Below the pieces are notes generated by a model that made no database searches, was not told the DNA's origin, and saw nothing but the letters and a program-made list of their open reading frames with translations. The translations under genes and the position numbers were made by a program. Source: Nannocystis bainbridge (GTDB lineage Bacteria; Myxococcota_A; Polyangia; Nannocystales; Nannocystaceae). Taken from it: a stretch of 64,000 nucleotides of DNA. The DNA lies in the NCBI RefSeq assembly GCF_028368995.1, contig NZ_JAQNDL010000001.1, forward strand, positions 3,520,001 through 3,584,000, read 5' to 3'. Below, piece after piece: positions 1-13,900 of the stretch (the first letter of the stretch is position 1; each line of letters starts with the position of its first letter).

Positions 1-2660
1 TCGATGCCCGCCAGCGGGTCCGGGTCGCCGGGGTAGCGACGGATCATCGGCGCGACGATCGAATCCTCCGGGTCGGGCTCCGCCTCGTCGACGTTCACGT
101 CGAAGCTGCCGCTGGTGTCGGGCCCCTCGAGGATGGTCGCCGGCGCCAGCGACACGCGAGCCAGGCGGGCCCGCTCGCTGTCGAGGAGGCGCTCCAGCTC
201 GGCGATCTTGGCCTGCGCCTCGACCAGCAGGTTGCGCGTGACGTCGAGCTCGTCGGCGAGATCTTCGTACTGCTCCTTCTGCTTCTCGAGCTGGGCGAGA
301 CCGGCAGCCAACCGCGCGGCCGAGCGGTCGGTCGCGTCGTTCATCTCCCAGATCTTCTGCTCCGCGGTGTCGAGCTGGAACAGCATGTATTCCATCTCTT
401 CCGAGCGGATGCCGGCCTCGAGGCGAGAGCGACGCAGGCGGGCGCGCTCGTGCTCGACGATCCGCTGATGCTCGGCCTCGCTGCGGGCCAGCGCCTCGGC
501 GTGCTCGGCGGCCTGATCGGCCAGCTCGCCGCGCAGATCGAGGATCTCGGCCCGCGCCGCGTCCGACAGCGGCCCCGAGCCTTGACCGATCCGGCTCGCG
601 CCGAGCGACACGATCTGCTGCAGCTGATCGATCGCTTGGTGCTTGGCCTCGAGCTCGCGGCGCAGGCGGAACAGCTCGACCTCGGCGCCCTGCTTGGCCC
701 CCGCGAGCCCCTCCATGTCCTGTCGCTGCCGGCGCAGGCGGCCGCGCAGGTGCTCCTGCTCGGCCACGCCTTCCTCGAGCCGGCGCTGCAGCTCGGCCGC
801 CTCGTCCTCGCGCTCGATCGTCTTGCGCTGCTGGTCGCGCAGGCGCTCCTGCAGGCTGGGCACCGTCTCTTCGAGGCGCTGGATGTGCACCTGCAACACC
901 GCCAGCTCGCCGCGCAGCTGGGCCGCGAGGGTCGCGTGGTCCTCGACCGAGCGCCGCAGCTCGCGGACCGTGCGGGTCGAGTCGGCCAGCTCGCGGTCGC
1001 GGCGGCGGACGATGTCGGCGGCGGCGCGCTCGCGGGCCCGCAGCTGATCGCGCTGCGCGGTGACCTTCTCGAGCTCTTGCTGACGCGCCGCGTTGTCGAC
1101 CGGCGCCGCCGCCCCGCCGTGCGCCCCGGACTCCGCGCGCGAGCGCAGCCGCTGCTCCTGCGTGTTGTAGAGCCCTTGCAGCTCGGCGTGATCGAGCTCG
1201 AGCTTGCGCAGCTCGTGACCGAGGCGCTCGAGCTCCTGCACCCGGTCCTGCTCGATCGCCCGGCTGCGCTCGACCTGCTCGCGCAGGCGATCGACATCCG
1301 TCACCAGGCGCACGTTCTCGAGGTGCTCGCGCCGGATCTCCTCTTCTTGTTGCAGCACTCGCGTCTCGAGCTCTTGCAGCTCCCCGGTGCGGCGCGCCAG
1401 CTCCTCGCGCAGGCGGTTGCGATCGATCGCCGCGTCGGCGGTGGCGCGGCCGCTCTCGGGCGCGGCCAGCGGGGCGACCTCGTCGACCAGCTCGTGGGTA
1501 GCGACCGCGTTGTCGGCGTCGGGCCGGCGCAGCAGCGCGGCCAGCGAGTGCATGCGGCTGTCCTCTTGGACATGTTGCAGCGACTCGAGGCGGTTCCGCG
1601 CGGCGTGCAGCTCGGCGTCGGTGCGGGCCTTCTCCTCGCGCACGCGATCGAGATCGCTGGCCAGCTTGACCGCGTGCGCCAGCAAGCCCTCGCGCTCGGA
1701 CGAGAAGTTGTTGACGATCTCCCGCAGGCGATCGAGCTCGACGAGCGTCTCCGGGTCGGCGAGGCCCGGCGTGGGTTCGGGGGCCGCGACGACCGGCTCG
1801 GGCTCCGGCTCGTCCTGCGACTCGGGCTCGGGCTCCGGCTCGGGCAGCGGCGCGGGGGCCGAGATCTCGTGCAGCCGCGGCTGCGGGGTGCCGAGCAGGG
1901 CCGAGGCCGACTCGGCGGCGAACAGCGCCACGAGGTCGAAATCAGTGCTCTCGGTCGGCTCGGGCGGCGAGTACTGCCGCGGCCCGGGCGGAGGCTCCGG
2001 CGGCAGCGGCATCGCCGAGATGACCGTCACCTCCCCCATGTCGATCACCGGCGTGAGCGGATCGACCGGGCCGGTCGGCACGATGATGCACTCGCGCAGC
2101 TGGGCGTCGAGCTCCGCCTGCGACGCGATGAGGAGGTAGCGCTGGATCGGCAGCGGCTCGTCGAGCAGGCCCTCGCGCAGCACCGGCACCAGCGCGTCGC
2201 CGGGCGCGGTCGGCAGCAGCGGCGCGATGCTCACGCCTTGCCACTCGAGCTGGGCGAAGGCGCCGACGTGAGCGAAGACGCCGCGGAGATCGTCCTCGAC
2301 CTCCCAGAGGTGATCCGGGTCGGGCTCGACGGCGAGAGCCAAAATGCCACCGTCCCGTAACACTCGCTTCGACTCGAGGATCAGCGCGTGCCGGGCGGAG
2401 GGATCGTGCGTCACGCCGCCCTCGATGCACGTCACGGCGTCGAGGCTGCGATCACGCAGCGGCAGTCGTGACAGCTCCAGCGGGCCCGACCACACTTCGA
2501 GACCGGGCTCGGCAGGACAGTCGCCGCCGAGCACGAGCACGCGGGCCACACCGGCCGCCGCGAGCCGTCGCGGTCCTTCCGGCCCCCCGGGGAGCACGAC
2601 GGCCACGCGCTTTTGGAGCAGCCAACGCTCCAAAGCTACATATGCGGGCAGGTGGTACAC
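1..2660 (-). CDS. Long coiled-coil protein with N-terminal methyltransferase-like (probably degenerate) domain; runs off the left edge of the window
   Basis: Not in the ORF track. Manual translation from GTG at 2660 gives MYHLPAYVALERWLLQKRVAVVLPGG...RLPLRDRSLDAVTCIE...SKRVLRDGGILAL. The same frame reads ...PMIRRYPGDPDPLAGI at the left edge. The middle is E/R/A/L/Q-rich with a PE-repeat linker near 1790-1850. ORF 450..2360(+) is its antisense shadow. The full length was not translated codon by codon. Confidence 0.75.
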   Translation of the reverse strand, partial: MYHLPAYVALERWLLQKRVAVVLPGGPEGPRRLAAAGVARVLVLGGDCPAEPGLEVWSGPLELSRLPLRDRSLDAVTCIEGGVTHDPSARHALILESKRVLRDGGILALAVEPDPDHLWEVEDDLRGVFAHVGAFAQLEWQGVSIAPLLPTAPGDALVPVLREGLLDEPLPIQRYLLIASQAELDAQLRECIIVPTGPVDPLTPVIDMGEVTVISAMPLPPEPPPGPRQYSPPEPTESTDFDLVALFAAESASALLGTPQPRLHEISAPAPLPEPEPEPESQDEPEPEPVVAAPEPTPGLADPETLVELDRLREIVNNFSSEREGLLAHAVKLASDLDRVREEKARTDAELHAARNRLESLQHVQEDSRMHSLAALLRRPDADNAVATHELVDEVAPLAAPESGRATADAAIDRNRLREELARRTGELQELETRVLQQEEEIRREHLENVRLVTDVDRLREQVERSRAIEQDRVQELERLGHELRKLELDHAELQGLYNTQEQRLRSRAESGAHGGAAAPVDNAARQQELEKVTAQRDQLRARERAAADIVRRRDRELADSTRTVRELRRSVEDHATLAAQLRGELAVLQVHIQRLEETVPSLQERLRDQQRKTIEREDEAAELQRRLEEGVAEQEHLRGRLRRQRQDMEGLAGAKQGAEVELFRLRRELEAKHQAIDQLQQIVSLGASRIGQGSGPLSDAARAEILDLRGELADQAAEHAEALARSEAEHQRIVEHERARLRRSRLEAGIRSEEMEYMLFQLDTAEQKIWEMNDATDRSAARLAAGLAQLEKQKEQYEDLADELDVTRNLLVEAQAKIAELERLLDSERARLARVSLAPATILEGPDTSGSFDVNVDEAEPDPEDSIVAPMIRRYPGDPDPLAGI

Positions 2661-2953
2661 GAGTAGGGGACTTTGGCCCCGGCATCATACTGCAAGGGCC
2701 GTCGCTTTCCCCCCAGAGACAGCGGTGGCGCAAACGCGCGCGGCGGTCCGCACGCGGGCCGGAGAGGCCGGGTCCGCGGCCGAACTCGCGGGCCAGCCCC
2801 GGCCCCGACGGCAGACCGGCGCGGGCGGGGGGGCCGGGCCGACGCGGCCCGAGACGGACCCGGGGGCGCGTCGCGGTCGATCGTCCGGCTCGCGATGGAA
2901 CGACGAGGGCGGTTGATCCGCGGATTTACCTGCCCTACGATGCGGAATCGTCG

Positions 2954-4552
<1,599 letters not shown>

Positions 4553-4560
4553 GGCCGCGC

Positions 4561-4810
4561 GAGGAGGCGAGGCCGCGCGAGCGGAGGCGAGGCCACGCGA
4601 GCGGTGTTGCTGTCGCGCGTGCGGTGTTGCTGTCGCGCGTGCGGTGTTGCTGTCGCGCGCGCGGCGTTGCAGTCGCGCGAGCGGTGTTGCGACCGCGTGA
4701 GCAGAAGTACCGTCGCGCGAGCAGAGCTGAGTCCGCGCGAGCGAGCTGCGGTCGCGCAAGCGGAGTCGCGGCTGCGCCAGCGGAGCCGAGGCCGCGGCAG
4801 CGAAGCCGAG
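4561..4810. repeat. Degenerate 20-bp tandem repeat (core GCGGTGTTGCTGTCGCGCGT), about 12 units
   Basis: Near-identical units start at 4601, 4621 and 4641. More diverged units start at 4581, 4661, 4681, 4701, 4721, ~4760 and ~4780. Lies between convergent genes. Confidence 0.85.
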
Positions 4811-4934
4811 TGATGGGCTGCCCGCGCCCGGATGTCGGAGCCACGGGATCACGGGCTTTCCCTTGGTGACGGGAGGCGTCGCGCGATCGCCTTCGGTCTC
4901 ACCCGCCCTGCCCCGCCCGCCTGGCGACCAAACG

Positions 4935-4964
4935 CCGAGAGGGCGGCCTGGGCCGCCCTCTCGG
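4935..4964 (-). terminator. GC-rich hairpin downstream of gltI; probable intrinsic terminator
   Basis: Perfect inverted repeat CCGAGAGGGCGGCC-TG-GGCCGCCCTCTCGG about 30 bp past the gltI stop. The U-tract is short. Confidence 0.6.
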
Positions 4965-4995
4965 ACATGTCCTTACGGACAGCTCACTGTCGATT

Positions 4996-7900
4996 TCAGG
5001 CGACCGATACGCCGATGCCCTTGCGCGCCTTGAAGTAGTCCTCGCTGATGCTGTAGAGGACCAGCTCCTTGATCTTGTCCTTCGGCGTCATCGACGAGCC
5101 GAACGCGGCCTGCTCCTGGGAGATCAGGTGTGCGGCGGTGATGAGGTCGTCGCACAGCAGGAAGCCGATGCGATAGGCGGTGATCTCGGTGCCGAGGGCC
5201 CACTTCTTGACGTCGGTGGAACCGCCGGCCTCGACGAAGCGGCGCATGAGGCTGCGCATCTGGTCGCGGGCGTTGGCCGGCAGGCGCGAGAGGATCTCGC
5301 GGGCGATCTGGTCGAGCTCCTGACGGTTGCCGCCGGTCTCCATGTCGCACATGTGCATGCAAGCGAGGAACACCTGCTTGAGGTTCTGCGGCGAGCGGTC
5401 GAGCGCGACGTAGGCGTAGTGCGGCAGGTAGAGGTCGGCCATGTAGCGGCCGAGGGCGAAGGCGAGGTGCTTCTCGTTCTTGCCCTTCAGCAGGTTCTGG
5501 AACACGACCATCGTCGGGTGGACGCGACCGTCGCGCTGCGCGTTGAGCAGCGAGACGTCGCCGGGGTCTTCCGGCCGGAGGTAGAGGTCCGGCTGGCCGA
5601 CGTTGAGCAGCTGCATGACGTACTTGGCCATGCGGGACACCGGCGCGGGGTCGGTGTTGATGTCCGTGCGCTCGTTGGGCTTGAGGTACGCGGGCAGCGG
5701 GTTGGCGCGCCAGGCCGCGATCGCCGGGGCGATCGAGCCGAGGATGCCGGTGAGGTACAGGTCCTCGTCCGGGTGGAACACGTGGCGGCGGAGGATCTCC
5801 TCCGAGAGCCGCTGACGCGCCTGCCGGAACTCGTTCGACGCGTACTTGTCGTGGATCTGCTGCTCCTCGGGCGTGGCCTGCTTGAGGAACACCAGCGTCC
5901 GCGCCAGGCAGTACGCCTTATCGAACTGATTGCTCTTCCGGTAGATGTTGAAGAGCGCGTGGTAGCTCTCGTAGCGGAAGGGCTCCTGGGCGATGAGGAT
6001 CTGGTGCTCCTTGACCGCCTGGGTCGCGTACTCCTGCGGGTTGTCCTGCATGAGCGCCTCGTAGAGCTCGGCCAGCAGGTAGTGCCGCTCGGTGTTGCCC
6101 GGGTCGAGCTTGGCCGCGACCTCGAAGGCCGCGGTGGCCGCCTTGAAGTCCTTCAGGCGCGTCCGGTAGATCTCCGCGAGGTTCGACCACAGGGTGATCT
6201 TCAGGTCGCCCATGCTGTCGGCCGGGAGCCGCTTCAGCATCTTCCGGTACGACCGCTCGAGGGTCTTCCAGTCCTTCGACTTGGTGACCATCGCGTCGAT
6301 CGCCTGGAACGCCTTCAGGTACGCCGGGTCGTCGTCGAGCACCGAGTTGAAGCGGTCGATCGACTCGTCGTGGGCCTTGAGCTCGTCGCGGAGCAGCACC
6401 GCCGCGGTGTAGTTGTACTTCGAGCGCCGCTTGGGATCCTTCTCGATCTCGACGATGCGGTCGATGATCCGGATCGACTCCTCCCACTGCTTGTTGCGGG
6501 TGTAGATGTCCAGCAACGTGTGCAGCAGCGGGTAGTCCTTCGGCTGCAGGTCGAGGGCGTTCTGGTAGGCGGCTGCCGCCTTCTGCCAGTTGCCCAGCTT
6601 CTCGAGGTACAGCTTGCCGATCTCGTTGTAGATCGCCGCCTGCTGATCGCCGGTGGCGGCCACGTCGATCATGGCCCGCTTGGCCTGGATGACGCCCTCC
6701 CAGTCGCCCGCGCCCGTCTGCAGCTCGATGACCGCGTTCAGGGTGGCGAGGTCGTGCGGGTCCACCTCGAGCGCCTTCTCGAGGTAGTTGAGGGCCTTCC
6801 GCGGCTCGTTCTGCCGCTTCTTGATCATGCCGAGGCGGTAGTAGACGAGGACCGTCTCGGACGAGCTCTGGGTGTCGCGGTGCTGGACCAGGATCGTCTG
6901 GTACAGCTTGAACGCCTTCTCCCAGTCCTCCTTCTCGAACAGCAGGTCGGCCATGCCGACGAGCACCTCGCGGTTGGTCGCGTCGATGTCGTAGGCGCGC
7001 TTGAACTGCTTGAGCGACTTGTCGCTGTTGCCGAGCTTGCGAGCGACCTTGGCCGCGCGCAGGTAGAGGTCGCGCTGGTCCTGGTCGCCGAGCCCGAGCT
7101 GGTCGGCCTTGCGGGTCAGGACGTCGAAGATCGGGTCGGCGTCGGCGAAGCGACCCTCGTCGTAGTAGATCTGGCCGATCACGCGGCCGACCTTGACGTG
7201 CTCCGGATCGAGCTTGAGCACCTCGGCGAACAGCGCGACGGCCTTCTCCTTGTTCTCGAGCTCCTCGTAGTAGATGAAGCCGGCCTCGGCCGCGAGCGCG
7301 ATCTTCTCGAGCTTGGTGTTCGAGTAGCCGAACGCCGCCTCGAGGTTGCGAGCCGCCTTGAGCCAGTCGCGCCGGCCCTTGTACAGCTCTGCCAGGCTGA
7401 CGATCGCCGGCACGTAGCCCGGATCGATCTCGGTCGCCTGGGTCAGGCGCCGCTCGGCCTCGTCGAGCTGGCCCAGCTTCTCCTGGTAGACCTGGCCCAT
7501 GCGGGTCAGGTGCTGCACGCGGACCGGGGGGTCGCGCGACAGCTCGACCAGGCGCGCCAACGTCTTGAGCGCGGCCGGCCAGTCCTCGATCTGCTCCTGC
7601 AGGCGAGCGAGCGTGACCGCAGAGTCGAAGTGCTGCGGGTTCAGCTCGAGGATCTCGCTGTAGGTCTCGATCGCGCGGTCGATGTCCTGGATCTGCTTCT
7701 CGTAGACCTGACCCATCGCCACCAACAGGTCGGTCTTGGCGGCGGGCGCCGTCGTGACCACGATGTGGTTGCGGTAGGTCTCGACCAGCTCGGTCCACTT
7801 CTCGAGCCTGGTGTACAGGTCCTCGAGCTGGCGGTAGGTCGCGTCGCGGTACTTGTCGAGGAGGAGGATCTTCTCCAACGCCTCGGCCGCCCGCGCCGGG

Positions 7901-10900
7901 TCCTGCGCCAGGTTGACGTGCGCGGCCGCCATGCGGTCGTAGATGCCGATCTGCTCGTCACGCACCGTGGTGGTGTCGAGCTCGGCCTCGAGCACGCCGA
8001 GGTACTGCGGGACGTTGCCGCCCGCCAGGTACAGGCGCTCGAGCGCAGCCAGAGCCTCGCGGTCACCCGGCTCCGAGTCGACGATGGTCCGGTAGGTCTC
8101 GATCGCCGCCGTGGCGTCGCCGAGCTGACCCTCCTGCACGCCGCCGATGCGCTTGCGCAGGGCGATGACCTGCTCCGGCTCGTCGAGGGTGCCGACGCGC
8201 CGCTCGAGCACACCGACCAGGTCCTGCCACTGACCCTGGTTCTGATGGAGCCGGGCCAGCGCGTCGAGGGCGTTGATGTTCTCGCCGTCGATCTCGAGCA
8301 CCTTGCGGTAGCTCTCGATCGCCGCCGGGATGTCGCCGAGCCCGCCGTCCTGGACCTCCGCCAGCTGCGTCAGCGTGCGGATCTGGATGTTCGGGTCGGT
8401 CTCGAGCGGGACGATCCGCGCCAGCGTCTTGGCCAGCTCGACGTTGTTCATCGCCCGGCGGTAGAAGCCGGCCTGCTCGCGCAGCGCGTTGATGTTGTTG
8501 GCGTTGAGCTTGAGCGCCTCTTCGAGCGACTTGAGGCCGTAGTCGACGCGGTTGAGGTGCTCGCCGTACCAGCGACCGATCTTCACCCACAGCTCGGCCT
8601 GCTCGCCCTTGTCGGGGATCGAGCGGACGATGCCGTTGTACTCGTTGAGCAGCTCGCCCCACTTGTTGGCCTGGGTGGCGAGGCGCTCGAGCTCGCGCGA
8701 GGTGTCCTCGTTGGCGTAGTCGATGTTGAACGCGTACTTGAGGACCTCGAAGGCGTTGCCCGGGTCTTCCTGGTTCTCCTCGAAGACCTTCGCCATCTTC
8801 TGGTAGGTCGTGACCTTGAACTTGGCGTCTTCGAAGATCTCGACCTGACGCAGGTAGAGGTCGATGAGGTCGCCCCACGCCTCGGTCTCGCGGTAGATGA
8901 CCTCCAGCGCCTCGTGAGCCGGCATGTAGGCCTGGTCGAGGTCGAGGATCTCGAGGTAGGCGCCGGCCGCCTCGGTCTTGTTGCCGAGCTGCTGCTCCCA
9001 GATCGCGGCGATCTGCATGAGCACGTCGATCTTCTCGGGCGCCGACTCGACGACCTTGCGCTTCTTCTCGAGGACGCGGATGACCTCGTCCCAGCTGGCC
9101 TCGCTGCTGTGCAGGCGCTCGAGCGCCGCCAGAGCCTCGAGGCTGGTCGGCTCGAGCTCGAGGACGTGGCGCCAGGCAGCGATCGCCGCCTGGGTGTCCA
9201 TGAGGTACTCGGCCTGGATGCGGCCGACCTGGGCGTAGTAGGCGCGGAGCTGCTCCGTGCCGAGGGCGTCAGGGCCGAGCTCGATCAGGTTGGCGAGCAC
9301 GTCGTTGAGCTCGACCCAGGACTCGTTGCGCTGGTAGATCGCGTGGAGCGCGGTCAGCGTCTCGAGATCGCGGCCGTTGAGCTCGCGGGCGTTGAGCCAG
9401 GCGTCGAGGCTGTTGCGCTCCTTGCCGAGCCGGTCGCCGTAGACGAGGGCCAGCTGCTGGTAGATCGCAACCTTCTCGGTCGGGTCCTCGACCGCGAACA
9501 CCTGCCGCTCGAGCACCTCAGCGAGGTCCTCCCACCGCTGCGAACGCTCGTGCAGCACGGCCAGCTCGCCCAGCGCGAGCGGGTCCTCGCCGCGCAGCTC
9601 GAGCACCTTGCCCCACAGGTCGACAGCGTTCTCCTCACGGTCGAGCGCCTCGGCCGCGATCTTCGCCATGCGCTGGTAGCAGGCCGCGGTGTCCTCGTCG
9701 GTGTTGGCGATCGCCGCGGTCCGCTCGTACGTCTTGTACAGGTCCTCCCAGCGGGCGGCGCTGAGGTACAGGGCCTCGAGCCGCTCGAGGGCGCGGAGGT
9801 TGTTGCCGTCGATGTCGAGGGCGCGGTTGTAAGCGGCGATCGCCGCCTCGGGGTTGGCCAGCCACTGCTCGAAGGCGGCGGCAAGGCGCATCTCGAGGTC
9901 GACGAGGACCTCGCCGTCCATGGTCGCCTGGATCCGGCGCTGAAGGATCTCGGCGAGCTCCTCCCAACGGCCGGTCTGGGTGTACAGGCGGTCGAGCGCC
10001 TGCAGGCCGTCGCCGTGGTCGGGCACCAGCGCGAGCAGGCGGTTGTAGACCTCGATGGCCCGCGCGCGGTCGCCGAGCCGGGTCTCGAGGACCTGTCCCG
10101 AACGACTGAGCACGGCGACCCTCGCGTCCTGCGAGAGGTTCGGGTTCTCGAGGATCTGCTCGCCGACGTCGACGATGTAGCCCCACTCCTGCGTGGCCTC
10201 GGCGAGGCGCTCGATCTCCTCGGCGACGCGCTCGCTGAGCGGGTCGTCCATGTACGCCCGCAGCCACCAGTAGAACGCCTGGCCCGGGTCGCCCAGCTGC
10301 TGCTCGCAGATCTGCGCGGTGTTCTCGATGATCTGCAGCCGCTCCGCGGTGTCGGCGGTGGCGTTGAGCTTGACGTCCGCGAGCTTGATCAGCGCGTCCC
10401 AGTTGCGGGACGCCTGGTACAGCGGCTCGAGGATCGAGCCGATCTCGCTCTGGTGCTCGCCCTCGGCGAAGATGAGCTCGAGCGTCGCCTGCGTGGCCGA
10501 GCTGTCGGGGTCGATCTCGAGGATCGTCCGGTAGGCCTCGATGGCCTTCGGCAGGTCCTGGATGTTGTTCTGGTAGATCTGGCCCATGCGGTACTGCAGG
10601 GCGATGATCTCCTGCTCGTCCGCGGTGATGGCGATCTGCCGGCGCAGGTTCTCGACCAGCGGCTGCCAGCGCTCGAGCCCGGAGTAGATCCGATCGAGCT
10701 GGGCGATCGCGTCGCTGTTCTCACCGTCGATGTCGAGGATCGCCAGGTAGCGCTCGATCGCGTCGTCGATGCGGTTCAGCTTGGTCTCGAGCACGCCCGC
10801 GAGGCGGTGCAGCATGCCGACCTTGGTCGCCGGATCGGGGATCGCGGCGGCCTGCTCGGCCAGCAGGCTAGCGAGCTTCTCGTGGTCGCCCGTGACCTCG

Positions 10901-13900
10901 GCGAGGCGGTGGAGCTGGCCCAGAGTCGCCTCATGGGTCGGCTCGATCACCAGCGCGCGAGCGTAGGCGGCGAACGCCTGCTCGAACTGCTGCAGCTGCC
11001 GCTCGTGGATCGCGGCGATCTGGTGCAGCAGCTCGATCTGCTGCGCCGGATCCTGGGTCTGCCTGACCATCACCTCGTAGATGTCGACCAGCTTCTCCCA
11101 CTCGGCGAGCTGGTTGTAGAACGGCGCCAGGACCTCGGCGGCCAGCATCGGCTGGTCCTCGCCGTGGACGATGCGGTCGAGCGCGGCGATCGTCGGCGCG
11201 TGGTCGGGGGCGTGCGCGAGGGTGTCGCGGTAGGCCTCGACGGCGCGGACGATGTCGGCGAGCTGGGTCTCGTAGAGCCCGCCGATCCGGTGACGCAGCG
11301 CGGTCTTCTCGTCGCGCTGCGGCGCGACCTCGACGGCCCGCTCGAGGATCCCGAGCTGGTCCTGCCAGCGCTCGGCCTGCCCGTAGAGGCGGTCGAGCGC
11401 CTGGATGGCGTCGTAGTCGGCCGGCTCGAGGTCGAGGATCGAGCGATAGGTCTCGATCGCCTGCTCGACGTCCTTGAGCTTCTCGTCGTAGATCGGGCCG
11501 AGCTGGTGCAGCCAGTAGCGCCGGTGCTCGGGGGACTCCGCCAGCTCGGTCTTGCGGCGGTAGATGTCCTTGAGGTTCTCCCAAGCCTCGGTCTGCGTGA
11601 ACAGCTTGGCGAGGGCGTCGAGCGCCGAGGCGTCGGCGTCGTCGAGCGCGAGGACCTGCTGGTACAGGGCGATCGCGCCGGCCGGGTCTTCCATGGCCGT
11701 CTCGCGCGTCTGCGCGGCGTAGAGGAGGAGCGCCTTGCGGTCGGCGACCTCGGTGACCATCTCCGACTTGCGCACCACCGCCTCGACCAGCGACCCGAAG
11801 TTCGAGTTCTTGAGGTGGAGGTTGATGAGCGCGTCGACGGCCTCGAAGTTGCCGGGGTCGACGCCGAGGATCCGCTCGTAGCTCGAGGCGGCCTTGGCCG
11901 GGTCCTCGATCACGAGCTCGTAGATCTGGGCGATCTTTACCAGCAAGCGGATGATGAGGGCGTCGTCGACGATGTCGGGGATCGACTCGTCGTAGAGGGC
12001 GACGAGGCGCGGGTAGTCCTCGAGCTGGCGGGCCAGCGTCTCGAGCCGCTCCTGCGTGGTGGCGTTGCTGGGATCGACCTTGAAGGCGCGACCGAGAGCG
12101 TCGAACGCCTTGCTCGGCTCCTCGCCGGCGATCTCGTACAGCTCGGCGATGCGGTGCAGCAGGCCGATCTTCTCCTCGGCGTCGGAGGCGTGCGTCACCA
12201 TGATCTCGTACGCCTGGATCAGCCGCGGCCAATTGTTGTTGACGCGGTAGAACGGCTCGAGGGTCTTGGCGACGGTGAGCTGCTGCTGCTCGTGGGTCAG
12301 CAGCGTCTCGAGGGCGCCGAGCGCGGTGGCGTTGCCGGCGTCGAGCGCGAGCACGCGGTGGTAGGTCTCGACGGCCTGGCCGGCCTGCTCGAGCTTGGTG
12401 AGGCGGAGGTCGCCGAGGCGGAGGTTGAGCTCGATCTGCTTGTCGGGGTCGTTCGACAGCGTCAGCTGGCGCTCGAGGTTCTCGGCCAGCTCGGTCCAGG
12501 CCTCGCGCGCGAGGTAGAGCCGGTCGAGGGCGACGATCGCCTGCAGGTTCTCGAACTCGTCGGCGAGGATCTCGTTGTAGGTCGCGATCGCCTCCTCCTT
12601 CTGGCCGAGCATCTCGTCCTGAAGGTAGGCGATGCGGAACCGCAGCTCCTGACGCTTGCTGCCGTCATTGGTGAGCGGGATCTGGCTGCGGTACACGCCG
12701 AGCAGCTCGCCCCAGTTCTGGTCGCGGCTGTAGAGCTTCTCGAGCGCCTCGAGGGCATCGACGTTGTCGGCGTCGACCTCGAGCGCCTTCTTGAAGTTCT
12801 CGATCGCCTTGGGCGCGTTGCCGATGCGCTGGTCGTACAGGCCGGCCAGGCGCATGAGCAGGGTGCGCTGCAGCTCGCTCGGCAGGTCGCCGGCGACCGC
12901 CTCCTCGAACAGCGCGGCGTAGTCGGCGTAGCGGTTCTCGAGGTGGGCGAGCTTCTCGAGCTCCTCCTGCGCGGCCTCGTTGCGCGGGTCGTGGCGGAAC
13001 GCGCGGCTGTAGGCGTCGAACGCCGCCGCGGTGTTGCCGATGTTGTTGGCCAGGATGCCGCCGATCTGCAGCAGCAAGCCGACGCGCTCGTCGACGGTGC
13101 CGGCCGCGGCGACCTGGATCTCGAGCGTCTGGACCATCTTCGGCCAGTCGAGCAGGCGCTCGTAGACCGGGAGCAGGATGCCGGCCACCGTGGTCTTGAG
13201 CGCGTCGTCCTCGAGGTAGCCCTCGAGCCGCTTGCGCGCCTCCTCGTTGGCGGCGTCGACGTCGAGGACCTGACGGAACAGGTCCACGGCCTCGGGCGCC
13301 GAGTTCAGCTTGTCCTGCTGGACGATGCCGAGGCGGAGCAGCAGGGTCGCGCGGGCCTCGATCTCGTCGGGCGCGGTGACGTCGAGCTCGCGCCGCAGGA
13401 TGTCGGCGAGCTCGTTCCACTTGCCCTGACCGAGGTAGAGGCGGTCGAGCGCGGCGAGCACGGTCGGGTCCTCGACGCCGGTGGCGAGCACGGCCTCGTA
13501 GGCGGTGACGGCCTGGTCGACGTGACCGAGCTGCTCGTGGATGCTGCCGATGCGGGTCTGGATCGCGCGGCGGTCGTCGTCGTTGCCGGCGAGCGAGAGC
13601 TGGGTGCGGAGGACGTTGAGCAGGTCCTCTTCACGGCCGAGCGCGAGGTAGAGCCGCTCGAGCGAGGCGAGCGCGGTCGCCTCCTCGGCGTTGATCTCGA
13701 GGATCGCCTGGTTGGCGGCCAGGGCCGCCTCGAGGTCGCTCGAGCGCTTCTCGTAGATCTCGGCCAGCTTGAGCCGCAGCGGGATGCTGTCGGGGTCGGT
13801 GCCGTACTTCTCGATCGCGGCGCGCAGCGACTCGATCTGCTCGGTCCAGGCGCCGATCGACTCGCCGAGGCGGAACAGGTGCTCGCGCGTGTCGGCCTGC

